From positions 13,516,001 through 13,580,000 of the forward strand of contig OZ176052.1 in the NCBI GenBank assembly GCA_964247055.1: a stretch of DNA of 64,000 nt, read 5' to 3'. Below the pieces are notes generated by a model. It saw only the letters and a list, made by a program, of their open reading frames with translations, was not told the origin of the DNA and searched no databases. Positions 1 to 12,200 of the stretch are shown piece after piece (the stretch's first letter is position 1; every line of letters starts with the position of its first letter). The DNA comes from Paragordius varius (taxonomy: Eukaryota > Animalia > Nematomorpha). The position numbers and the translations under genes were made by a program.

Positions 1-115
1 ATTTTTATTTTTAATATCGTATAAAATAAATTTTTTAAATATTTTAAAAATTCATAAAAATTACATTTATACTCCGATCTCGAAAATATTTGGGGTGATG
101 ATGGAACTACCATAG

Positions 116-173
116 GGCTACCCAAAAAAAATTATGGTGAAATCACCTGATCAAATTTGGATTTTAGGTAGCC
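116..173. repeat. 58-nt imperfect inverted repeat within the monomer (positions 116-173; example copy)
   Basis: Outer arms GGCTACCCAAAA / TTTTAGGTAGCC are 11/12 complementary. Inner arms GGTGA / TCACC flank a 2-nt centre. The intervening arms (AAAATTAT vs TGATCAAATTTGGA) pair only partly. Confidence 0.85.
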
Positions 174-201
174 ATTTTTATTTTTAAAATCGTATAAAAT
201 A

Positions 202-225
202 AATTTTTTAAATATTTAAAAAATT
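202..225. repeat. Perfect 24-bp palindrome AATTTTTTAAATATTTAAAAAATT (monomer positions 29-52; example copy, present in most monomers)
   Basis: The sequence equals its own reverse complement; it is centred on AAATATTT and contains two TTTAAA sites. Confidence 0.95.
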
Positions 226-3200
226 CATAAAAATTACATTTATACTCCGATCTCGAAAATATTTGGGGTGATGATGGAACTACTATAGGGCTACCCAAAA
301 AAAATTTTGGCGACATCACCTGATCAAATTTGGATTTTGCCATTTTTATTTTTAAAATCGTATAAAATAAATTTTTTAAATATTTAAAAAATTCATAAAA
401 ATTACATTTATACTCCGATCTCGAAAATATTTGGGGTGATGATGGAACTACCATAGGGCTACCCAAAAAAAATTATGGTGACATCACCTGATCAAATTTG
501 GATTTTAGGTAGCCATTTTTAAAATCGTATAAAATAAATTTTTTAAATATTTAAAAAATTCAAAAAAACTACAATACTCCGATCTCGACAATATTTGGGG
601 TGATGATGGAACTACCATAGGGCTACCCAAAAAACATTATGGTGACATCACCTGATCAAATTTGGATTTTAGGTAGCCATTTTTATTTTTAAAATCGTAT
701 AAAATAAATTTTTTAAATATTTAAAAAATTCATAAAAATTACATTTATACTCCGATCTCGAAAATATTTGGGATGATGATGGAACTACCATAGGGCTACC
801 CAAAAAACATTATGGTGACATCACCTGATCAAATTTGGATTTTAGGTAGCCATTTTTATTTTTAAAATCGTATAAAATAAATTTTTTAAATATTTAAAAA
901 ATTCATAAAAATTACATTTATACTCCGATTTGAAAATATTTGGGGTGATGATGGAACTACCATAGGGCTACCCAAAAAAAATTATGGTGACATCACCTGA
1001 TCAAATTTGGATTTTAGGTAGCCATTTTTATTTTTAAAATCGTATAAAATAAATTTTTTAAATATTTAAAAAATTCATAAAAATTACATTTATACTCCGA
1101 TCTCGAAAATATTTGATGTGATGATGGATCTACCATGGGGCTGCCCAAAAAAAATTATGGCGACATCACCTGATCAAATTTGGATTTTAGGTAGCCATTT
1201 TTATTTTTAAAATCGTATAAAATAAATTTTTTAAATATTTAAAAAATTCATAAAAATTACATTTATACTCCGATCTCAAAAATATTTGGGGTGATGATGG
1301 AACTACCATAGGGCTACCCAAAAAAAATTATGGTGACATCACCTGATCAAATTTGGATTTTAGGTAGCCATTTTTAAAATCGTATAAAATAAATTTTTTA
1401 AATATTTAAAAAATTCAAAAAAACTACAATACTCCGATCTCGACAATATTTGGGGTGATGATGGAACTACCATAGGGCTACCCAAAAAACATTATGGTGA
1501 CATCACCTGATCAAATTTGGATTTTAGGTAGCCATTTTTATTTTTAAAATCGTATAAAATAAATTTTTTAAATATTTAAAAAATTCATAAAAATTACATT
1601 TATACTCCGATCTCGAAAATATTTGGGGTGATGATGGAACTACCATAGGGCTACCCAAAAAAAATTATGGTGACATCACCTGATCAAATTTGGATTTTAG
1701 GTAGCCATTTTTATTTTTAAAATCGTATAAAATAAATTTTTTAAATATTTAAAAAATTCATAAAAATTACATTTATACTCCGATCTCGAAAATATTTGAT
1801 GTGATGATGGATCTACCATGGGGCTGCCCAAAAAAAATTATGGCGACATCACCTGATCAAATTTGGATTTTAGGTAGCCATTTTTATTTTTAAAATCGTA
1901 TAAAATAAATTTTTTAAATATTTAAAAAATTCATAAAAATTACATTTATACTCCGATCTCGAAAATATTTGGGGTGATGATGGAACTACCATAGGGCTAC
2001 CCAAAAAAAATTATGGCGACATCACCTGATCAAATTTGGATTTTAGGTAGCCATTTTTATTTTTAAAATCGTATAAAATAAATTTTTTAAATATTTAAAA
2101 AATTCATAAAAATTACATTTATACTCCGATCTCGAAAATATTTGGGGTGATGATGGAACTACCATAAAGCTACCCAAAAAAAATTATGGTGACATCACCT
2201 GATCAAATTTGGATTTTAGGTAGCCATTTTTATTTTTAAAATCGTATAAAATAAATTTTTTAAATATTTAAAAAATTCATAAAAATTACATTTATACTCC
2301 GATCTCGAAAATATTTGGGGTGATGATGGAACTACCATAGGGCTACCCAAAAAAAATTATGGTGACATCACCTGATCAAATTTGGATTTTAGGTAGCCAT
2401 TTTTATTTTTAAAATCGTATAAAATAAATTTTTTAAATATTTAAAAAATTCATAAAAATTACATTTATACTCCGATCTCGAAAATATTTGGGGTGATGAT
2501 GGAACTACCATAGGGCTACCCAAAAAAAGTTATGGCGACATCACCTGATCAAATTTGGATTATAGGTAGCCATTTTTATTTTTAAAATCGTATAAAATAA
2601 ATTTTTTAAATATTTAAAAAATTCATAAAAATTACATTTATACTCCGATCTCGAAAATATTTGGGGTGATGATGGAACTACTATAGGGCTACCCAAAAAA
2701 AATTTTGGCGATATCACCTGATCAAATTTGGATTTTAGGTAGCCATTTTTATTTTTAAAATCGTATAAAATAAATTTTTTAAATATTTAAAAAATTCATA
2801 AAAATTACATTTATACTCCGATCTCGAAAATATTTGGGGTGATGATGGAACTACCATAGGGCTACCCAAAAAAAATTATGGTGACATCACCTGATCAAAT
2901 TTGGATTTTAGGTAGCCATTTTTATTTTTAATATCGTATAAAATAAATTTTTTAAATATTTTAAAAATTCATAAAAATTACATTTATACTCCGATCTCGA
3001 AAATATTTGGGGTGATGATGGAACTACCATAGGGCTACCCAAAAAAAATTATGGTAAAATCACCTGATCAAATTTGGATTTTAGGTAGCCATTTTTATTT
3101 TTAAAATCGTATAAAATAAATTTTTTAAATATTTAAAAAATTCATAAAAATTACATTTATACTCCGATCTCGAAAATATTTGGGGTGATGATGGAACTAC

Positions 3201-6200
3201 TATAGGGCTACCCAAAAAAAATTTTGGCGACATCACCTGATCAAATTTGGATTTTAGGTAGCCATTTTTATTTTTAAAATCGTATAAAATAAATTTTTTA
3301 AATATTTAAAAAATTCATAAAAATTACATTTATACTCCGATCTCGAAAATATTTGGGGTGATGATGGAACTACCATAGGGCTACCCAAAAAAAATTATGG
3401 TGACATCACCTGATCAAATTTGGATTTTAGGTAGCCATTTTTAAAATCGTATAAAATAAATTTTTTAAATATTTAAAAAATTCAAAAAAACTACAATACT
3501 CCGATCTCGACAATATTTGGGGTGATGATGGAACTACCATAGGGCTACCCAAAAAACATTATGGTGACATCACCTGATCAAATTTGGATTTTAGGTAGCC
3601 ATTTTTATTTTTAAAATCGTATAAAATAAATTTTTTAAATATTTAAAAAATTCATAAAAATTACATTTATACTCCGATCTCGAAAATATTTGGGATGATG
3701 ATGGAACTACCATAGGGCTACCCAAAAAACATTATGGTGACATCACCTGATCAAATTTGGATTTTAGGTAGCCATTTTTATTTTTAAAATCGTATAAAAT
3801 AAATTTTTTAAATATTTAAAAAATTCATAAAAATTACATTTATACTCCGATTTGAAAATATTTGGGGTGATGATGGAACTACCATAGGGCTACCCAAAAA
3901 AAATTATGGTGACATCACCTGATCAAATTTGGATTTTAGGTAGCCATTTTTATTTTTAAAATCGTATAAAATAAATTTTTTAAATATTTAAAAAATTCAT
4001 AAAAATTACATTTATACTCCGATCTCGAAAATATTTGATGTGATGATGGATCTACCATGGGGCTGCCCAAAAATAATTATGGCGACATCACCTGATCAAA
4101 TTTGGATTTTAGGTAGCCATTTTTATTTTTAAAATCGTATAAAATAAATTTTTTAAATATTTAAAAAATTCATAAAAATTACATTTATACTCCGATCTCA
4201 AAAATATTTGGGGTGATGATGGAACTACCATAGGGCTACCCAAAAAAAATTATGGTGACATCACCTGATCAAATTTGGATTTTAGGTAGCCATTTTTAAA
4301 ATCGTATAAAATAAATTTTTTAAATATTTAAAAAATTCAAAAAAACTACAATACTCCGATCTCGACAATATTTGGGGTGATGATGGAACTACCATAGGGC
4401 TACCCAAAAAACATTATGGTGACATCACCTGATCAAATTTGGATTTTAGGTAGCCATTTTTATTTTTAAAATCGTATAAAATAAATTTTTTAAATATTTA
4501 AAAAATTCATAAAAATTACATTTATACTCCGATCTCGAAAATATTTGGGGTGATGATGGAACTACCATAGGGCTACCCAAAAAAAATTATGGTGACATCA
4601 CCTGATCAAATTTGGATTTTAGGTAGCCATTTTTATTTTTAAAATCGTATAAAATAAATTTTTTAAATATTTAAAAAATTCATAAAAATTACATTTATAC
4701 TCCGATCTCGAAAATATTTGATGTGATGATGGATCTACCATGGGGCTGCCCAAAAAAAATTATGGCGACATCACCTGATCAAATTTGGATTTTAGGTAGC
4801 CATTTTTATTTTTAAAATCGTATAAAATAAATTTTTTAAATATTTAAAAAATTCATAAAAATTACATTTATACTCCGATCTCGAAAATATTTGGGGTGAT
4901 GATGGAACTACCATAGGGCTACCCAAAAAAAATTATGGCGACATCACCTGATCAAATTTGGATTTTAGGTAGCCATTTTTATTTTTAAAATCGTATAAAA
5001 TAAATTTTTTAAATATTTAAAAAATTCATAAAAATTACATTTATACTCCGATCTCGAAAATATTTGGGGTGATGATGGAACTACCATAAAGCTACCCAAA
5101 AAAAATTATGGTGACATCACCTGATCAAATTTGGATTTTAGGTAGCCATTTTTATTTTTAAAATCGTATAAAATAAATTTTTTAAATATTTAAAAAATTC
5201 ATAAAAATTACATTTATACTCCGATCTCGAAAATATTTGGGGTGATGATGGAACTACCATAGGGCTACCCAAAAAAAATTATGGTGACATCACCTGATCA
5301 AATTTGGATTTTAGGTAGCCATTTTTATTTTTAAAATCGTATAAAATAAATTTTTTAAATATTTAAAAAATTCATAAAAATTACATTTATACTCCGATCT
5401 CGAAAATATTTGGGGTGATGATGGAACTACCATAGGGCTACCCAAAAAAAGTTATGGCGACATCACCTGATCAAATTTGGATTATAGGTAGCCATTTTTA
5501 TTTTTAAAATCGTATAAAATAAATTTTTTAAATATTTAAAAAATTCATAAAAATTACATTTATACTCCGATCTCGAAAATATTTGGGGTGATGATGGAAC
5601 TACTATAGGGCTACCCAAAAAAAATTTTGGCGATATCACCTGATGAAATTTGGATTTTAGGTAGCCATTTTTATTTTTAAAATCGTATAAAATAAATTTT
5701 TTAAATATTTAAAAAATTCATAAAAATTACATTTATACTCCGATCTCGAAAATATTTGGGGTGATGATGGAACTACCATAGGGCTACCCAAAAAAAATTA
5801 TGGTGACATCACCTGATCAAATTTGGATTTTAGGTAGCCATTTTTATTTTTAATATCGTATAAAATAAATTTTTTAAATATTTAAAAAATTCATAAAAAT
5901 TACATTTATACTCCGATCTCGAAAATATTTGGGGTGATGATGGAACTACTATAGGGCTACCCAAAAAAAATTTTGGCGACCTCACCTGATCAAATTTGGA
6001 TTTTAGGTAGCCATTTTTATTTTTAAAATCGTATAAAATAAATTTTTTAAATATTTAAAAAATTCATAAAAATTACATTTATATTCCGATCTCGAAAATA
6101 TTTGGGGTGATGATGGAACTACCATAGGGCTACCCAAAAAAAATTATGGCGACATCACCTGATCAAATTTGGATTTTAGGTAGCCATTTTTATTTTTAAA

Positions 6201-9200
6201 ATCGTATATAATAAATTCTTTAAATATTTAAAAAATTCATAAATATTACATTTATACTCCGATCTCGAAAATATTTGGGGTGATGATGGAACTACCATAG
6301 GGCTACCCAAAAAAAATTATGGCGACATCACCTGATCAAATTTGGATTTTAGGTAGCCATTTTTATTTTTAAAATCGTATAAAATAAATTTTTTAAATAT
6401 TTAAAAAATTCATAAAAATTACATTTATACTCCGATCTCGAAAATATTTGGGGTGATGATGGAACTACCATAGGGCTACCCAAAAAAAATTATGGTGACA
6501 TCACCTGATCAAATTTGGATTTTAGGTAGCTATTTTTATTTTTAAAATCGTATAAAATAAATTTTTTAAATATTTAAAAAATTCAAAAAAATTACATTTA
6601 TACTCCGATCTCGACAATAATTGGGGTGATGATGGAACTACCATAGGGCTACCCAAAAAAAATTATGGTGACATCATCTGATCAAATTTGGATTTTAGGT
6701 AGCCATTTTTATTTTTAAAATCGTATAAAATAAATTTTTTAAATGTTTAAAAAATAATTACATTTATACTCCGATCTCGACAATATTTGGGGTGATGATG
6801 GAACTACCATAGGGCTACCCAAAAAAAATTATGGTGACATCACCTGATCAAATTTGGATTTTAGGTAGCCATTTTTATTTTTAAAATCGTATAAAATAAA
6901 TTTTTTAAATATTTAAAAAATTCATAAAAATTACATTTATACTCCGATCTCGAAAATATTTGGGGTGATGATGGAACTACCATAGGGCTACCCAAAAAAA
7001 ATTATGGTGACATCACCTGATCAAATTTGGATTTTAGGTAGCCATTTTTATTTTTAAAATCGTATAAATCAAATTTTTTTAATATTTAAAAAATTCATAA
7101 AAATTACATTTATACTCCGATCTCGAAAATATTTGATGTGATGATGGAACTACCATGGGGCTGCCCAAAAAAAATTATGGCGACATCACCTGATCAAATT
7201 TGGATTTTAGGTAGCCATTTTTATTTTTAAAATCGTATAAAATAAATTTTTTAAATATTTAAAAAATTCATAAAAATTACATTTATACTCCGATCTCGAA
7301 AATATTTGGGGTGATGATGGAACTACCATAGGGCTACCCAAAAAAATTATGGCGACATCACCTGATCAAATTTGGATTTTAGGTAGCCATTTTTATTTTT
7401 AAAATCGTATAAAATAAATTTTTTAAATATTTAAAAAATTCATAAAAATTACATTTATACTCCGATCTCGAAAATATTTGGGGTGATGATGGAACTACCA
7501 TAGGGCTACCCAAAAAAAATTATGGTGACATCACCTGATCAAATTTGGATTTTAGGTAGCCATTTTTATTTTTAAAATCGTATAAAATAAATTTTTTAAA
7601 TATTTAAAAAATTCATAAAAATTACATTTATACTCCGATCTCGAAAATATTTGATGTGATGATGGAACTACCATGGGGCTGCCCAAAAAAAATTATGGCG
7701 ACATCACCTGATCAAATTTGGATTTTAGGTAGCCATTTTTATTTTTAAAATCGTATAAAATAAATTTTTTAAATATTTAAAAAATTCATAAAAATTACAT
7801 TTATACTCCGATCTCGAAAATATTTGGGGTGATGATGGAACTACCATAGGGCTACCCAAAAAAAATTATGGCGACATCACCTGATCAAATTTGGATTTTA
7901 GGTAGCCATTTTTATTTTTAAAATCGTATAAAATAAATTTTTTAAATATTTAAAAAATTCATAAAAATTACATTTATACTCCGATCTCGAAAATATTTGG
8001 GGTGATGATGGAACTACCATAAAGCTACCCAAAAAAAATTATGGTGACATCACCTGATCAAATTTGGATTTTAGGTAGCCATTTTTATTTTTAAAATCGT
8101 ATAAAATAAATTTTTTAAATATTTAAAAAATTCATAAAAATTACATTTATACTCCGATCTCGAAAATATTTGGGGTGATGATGGAACTACCATAGGGCTA
8201 CCCAAAAAAAATTATGGTGACATCACCTGATCAAATTTGGATTTTAGGTAGCCATTTTTATTTTTAAAATCGTATAAAATAAATTTTTTAAATATTTAAA
8301 AAATTCATAAAAATTACATTTATACTCCGATCTCGACAATATTTGGGGTGATGATGGAACTACCATAGGGCTACCCAAAAAAAATTATGGTGACATCATC
8401 TGATCAAATTTGGATTTTAGGTAGCCATTTTTATTTTTAAAATCGTATAAAATAAATTTTTTAAATATTTAAAAAATTCAAAAAAATTACATTTATACTC
8501 CGATCTCGACAATATTTGGGGTGATGATGGAACTACCATAGGGCTACCCAAAAAAAATTATGGTGACATCACCTGATCAAATTTGGATTTTAGGTAGCCA
8601 TTTTTATTTTTATAATCGTATAAAATAAATTTTTTAAATATTTAAAAAATTCATAAAAATTACATTTATACTCCGATCTCGAAAATATTTGGGGTGATGA
8701 TGGAACTACCATAGGGCTACCCAAAAAAAATTATGGTGACATCACCTGATCAAATTTGGATTTTAGGTAGCCATTTTTATTTTTAAAATCGTATAAAATA
8801 AATTTTTTAAATATTTAAAAAATTCATTAAAATTACATTTATACTCCGATCTCGAAAATATTTGATGTGATGATGGATCTACCATGGGGCTGCCCAAAAA
8901 AAATTATGGTGACATCACCTGATCAAAGTTGGATTTTAGGTAGCCATTTTTATTTTTAAAATCGTATAAAATAAATTTTTTAAATATTTAAAAAATTCAT
9001 AAAAATTACATTTATACTCCGATCTCGAAAATATTTGGGGTGATGATGGAACTACCATAGGGCTACCCAAAAAAAATTATGGTGACATCACCTGATCAAA
9101 TTTGGATTTTAGGTAGCCATTTTTATTTTTAAAATCGTATAAAATAAATTTTTTAAATATTTAAAAAATTCATAAAAATTACATTTATACTCCGATCTCG

Positions 9201-12200
9201 AAAATATTTGGGGTGATGATGGAACTACCATAGGGCTACCCAAAAAAATTATAGTGACATCACCTGATCAAATTTGGATTTTAGGTAGCCATTTTTATTT
9301 TTAAAATCGTATAAAATAAGTTTTTTAAATATTTAAAAAATTCATAAAAATTTTTATACTCCGATCTCGAAAATATTTGGGGTGATGATGGAACTACCAT
9401 AGGGCTACCCAAAAAAAATTATGGTGACATCACCTGATCAAATTTGGATTTTAGGTAGCCATTTTTATTTTTAAAATCGTATAAAATAAATTTTTTAAAT
9501 ATTTAAAAAATTCATAAAAATTACATTTATAGTCCGATCCCCAAAAATTTAGGGTGATGATGGAACTACCATAGGGCTACCCAAAAAAAATTATGGCGAC
9601 ATCACCTGATCAAATTTGGATTTTAGGTAGCCATTTTTATTTTTAAAATCGTATAAAATAAATTTTTTAAATATTTAAAAAATTCATAAAAATTACATTT
9701 ATACTTCGATCTCGAAAATATTTGGGGTGATGATGGAACTACCATAGGGCTACCCAAAAAAAATTATGGTGACATCACCTGATCAAATTTGGATTTTAGG
9801 TAGCCATTTTTATTTTTAAAATCGTATAAAATAAATTTTTTAAATATTTAAAAAATTCATAAAAGTTACATTTATAGTCCGATCCCCAAAATATTTGTGG
9901 TGATGATGGAACTACCATAGGGCTACCCAAAAAAAATTATGGTGACATCACCTGATCAAATTTGGATTTTAGGTAGCCATTTTTATTTTTAAAATCGTAT
10001 AAAATAAATTTTTTAAATATTTAAAAAATTCAAAAAAATTACATTTATACTCCGATCTCGACAATATTTGGGGTGATGATGGAATTACCATAGGGCTACC
10101 CAAAAAAAATTATGGTGACATCACCTGATCAAATTTGGATTTTAGGTAGCCATTTTTATTTTTAAAATCGTATAAAATAAATTTTTTAAATGTTTAAAAA
10201 ATTCATAAAAATTACATTTATAGTCCGATCCCCAAAGTATTTGGGGTGATGATGGAACTACCATAGGGCTACCCAAAAAAAATTATGGCGACATCACCTG
10301 ATCAAATTTGGATTTTAGGTAGCCATTTTTATTTTTAAAATCGTATAAAATAAATTTTTTAAATATTTAAAAAATTCATAAAAATTACATATAGTCCGAT
10401 CCCCAAAATATTTGGGGTGATGATGGAACTACCATAGGGCTACCCAAAAAAATTATAGTGACATCACCTGATCAAATTTGGATTTTAGGTAGCCATTTTT
10501 ATTTTTAAAATCGTATAAAATAAATTTTTTAAATATTTAAAAAATTCAAAAAAATTACATTTATACTCCGATCTCGACAATATTTGGGGTGATGATGGAA
10601 CTACTATAGGGCTACCCAAAAAAAATTATGGCGACATCACCTGATCAAATTTGGATTTTAGGTAGCCATTTTTATTTTTAAAATCGTATAAAATAAATTT
10701 TTTAAATATTTAAAAAATTCATAAAAATTACATTTATACTCCGATCCTCAAAATATTTGGGGTGATGATGGAACTACCATAGGGCTACCCAAAAAAAATT
10801 ATGGTGACATCAACTGATCAAATTTGGATTTTAGGTAGCCATTTTTATTTTTAAAATCGTATAAAATAAATTTTTTAAATATTTAAAAAATTCAAAAAAA
10901 TTACATTTATACTCCGATCTCGACAATATTTGGGGTGATGATGGAACTACCATAGGGCTACCCAAAAAAAATTATGGTGACATCACCTGATCAAATTTGG
11001 ATTTTAGGTAGCCATTTTTATTTTTAAAATCGTATAAAATAAATTTTTTAAATATTTAAAAAATTCATAAAAATTACATTTATACTCCGATCTCGAAAAT
11101 ATTTGGGGTGATGATGGAACTACCATAGGGCTACCCAAAAAAAATTATGGTGACATCACCTGATCAAATTTGGATTTTAGGTAGCCATTTTTATTTTTAA
11201 AATCGTATAAAATAAATTTTTTAAATATTTAAAAAATTCATAAAAGTTACATTTATAGTCCGATCCCCAAAATATTTGTGGTGATGATGGAACTACCATA
11301 GGGCTACCCAAAAAAAATTATGGTGACATCACCTGATCAAATTTGGATTTTAGGTAGCCATTTTTATTTTTAAAATCGTATAAAATAAATTTTTTAAATA
11401 TTTAAAAAATTCAAAAAAAATACATTTATACTCCGATCTCGACAATATTTGGGGTGATGATGGAATTACCATAGGGCTACCCAAAAAAAATTATGGTGAC
11501 ATCACCTGATCAAATTTGGATTTTAGGTAGCCATTTTTATTTTTAAAATCGTATAAAATAAATTTTTTAAATATTTAAAAAATTCATAAAAATTACATTT
11601 ATACTCCGATCTCAAAAATATTTGGGGTGATGATGGAACTACTATAGGGCTACCCAAAAAAAATTATGGCGACATCACCTGATCAAATTTGGATTTTAGG
11701 TAGCCATTTTTATTTTTAAAATCGTATAAAATAAATTTTTTAAATATTTAAAAAATTTATAAAAATTACATTTATACTCCGATCTCAAAAATATTTGGGG
11801 TTATGATGGAACTACTATAGGGCTACCCAAAAAAAATTATGGCGACATCACCTGATCAAATTTGGATTTTAGGTAGCCATTTTTATTTTTAAAATCGTAT
11901 AAAATAAATTTTTTAAATATTTAAAAAATTCATAAAAATTACATTTAAAGTCCGATCTCAAAAATATTTGGAGTTATGATGGAACAACCATAGGGCTACC
12001 CAAAAAAAATTATGGCGACATCACCTGATCAAATTTGGATTTTAGGTAGCCATTTTTATTTTTAAAATCGTATAAAATAAATTTTTTAAATATTTAAAAA
12101 ATTCATAAAAATTACATTTATACTCCGATCTCAAAAATATTTGGGGTGATGATGGAACTACTATAGGGCTACCCAAAAAAAATTATGGCGACATCACCTG

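Larger units (their letters stand above)
1..5839. repeat. 17-monomer higher-order repeat, two tandem copies (1-2917 and 2918-5839; unit 2922 bp)
   Basis: The same ordered series of variant monomers occurs twice (AATATCGT start; 9-bp-deleted monomers at ~515 and ~1372; CCGATTTGAAA; TTTGATGTG...CCATGGGGCTGCCC; CCATAAAGCT; AAAAGTTATGG/GGATTATAGG). Markers are offset by 2922 bp (CCATGG 1133/4055 and 1816/4738). 17x173 minus 19 bp of deletions = 2922. Copy 1 carries an extra 5-bp deletion near 338. Confidence 0.95.

Noticed and set aside
21-70. TATA-like promoter motifs (TATAAAA) and hairpin-plus-T-run terminator-like features
   Set aside because: These are expected in 94% AT sequence and repeat in every monomer, with no associated gene or transcript evidence.
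91-123. G-quadruplex potential from GGGG/GG/GGG runs
   Set aside because: There are only two runs of three or more G per monomer on this strand, and further runs are more than 100 nt away, so the canonical G4 pattern is not met.
124-131. 7-, 8- and 9-A length variation in the CCC(A)n tract as an informative marker or phase-variable switch
   Set aside because: Homopolymer length is prone to both slippage and sequencing error, and there is no gene to regulate. I used it only as secondary support.
164-466. 100-aa minus-strand ORF (MGSPMVVPSSPQ...KMAT)
   Set aside because: It is a translation of the satellite itself and repeats with a 56-aa period. It stays open only because monomer 2 has a 5-bp deletion (168 bp, in frame) that removes one stop and a TTATGG to TTTTGG change that removes another. 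The homologous position in HOR copy 2 lacks the deletion and gives no listed ORF. There is no recognisable domain.
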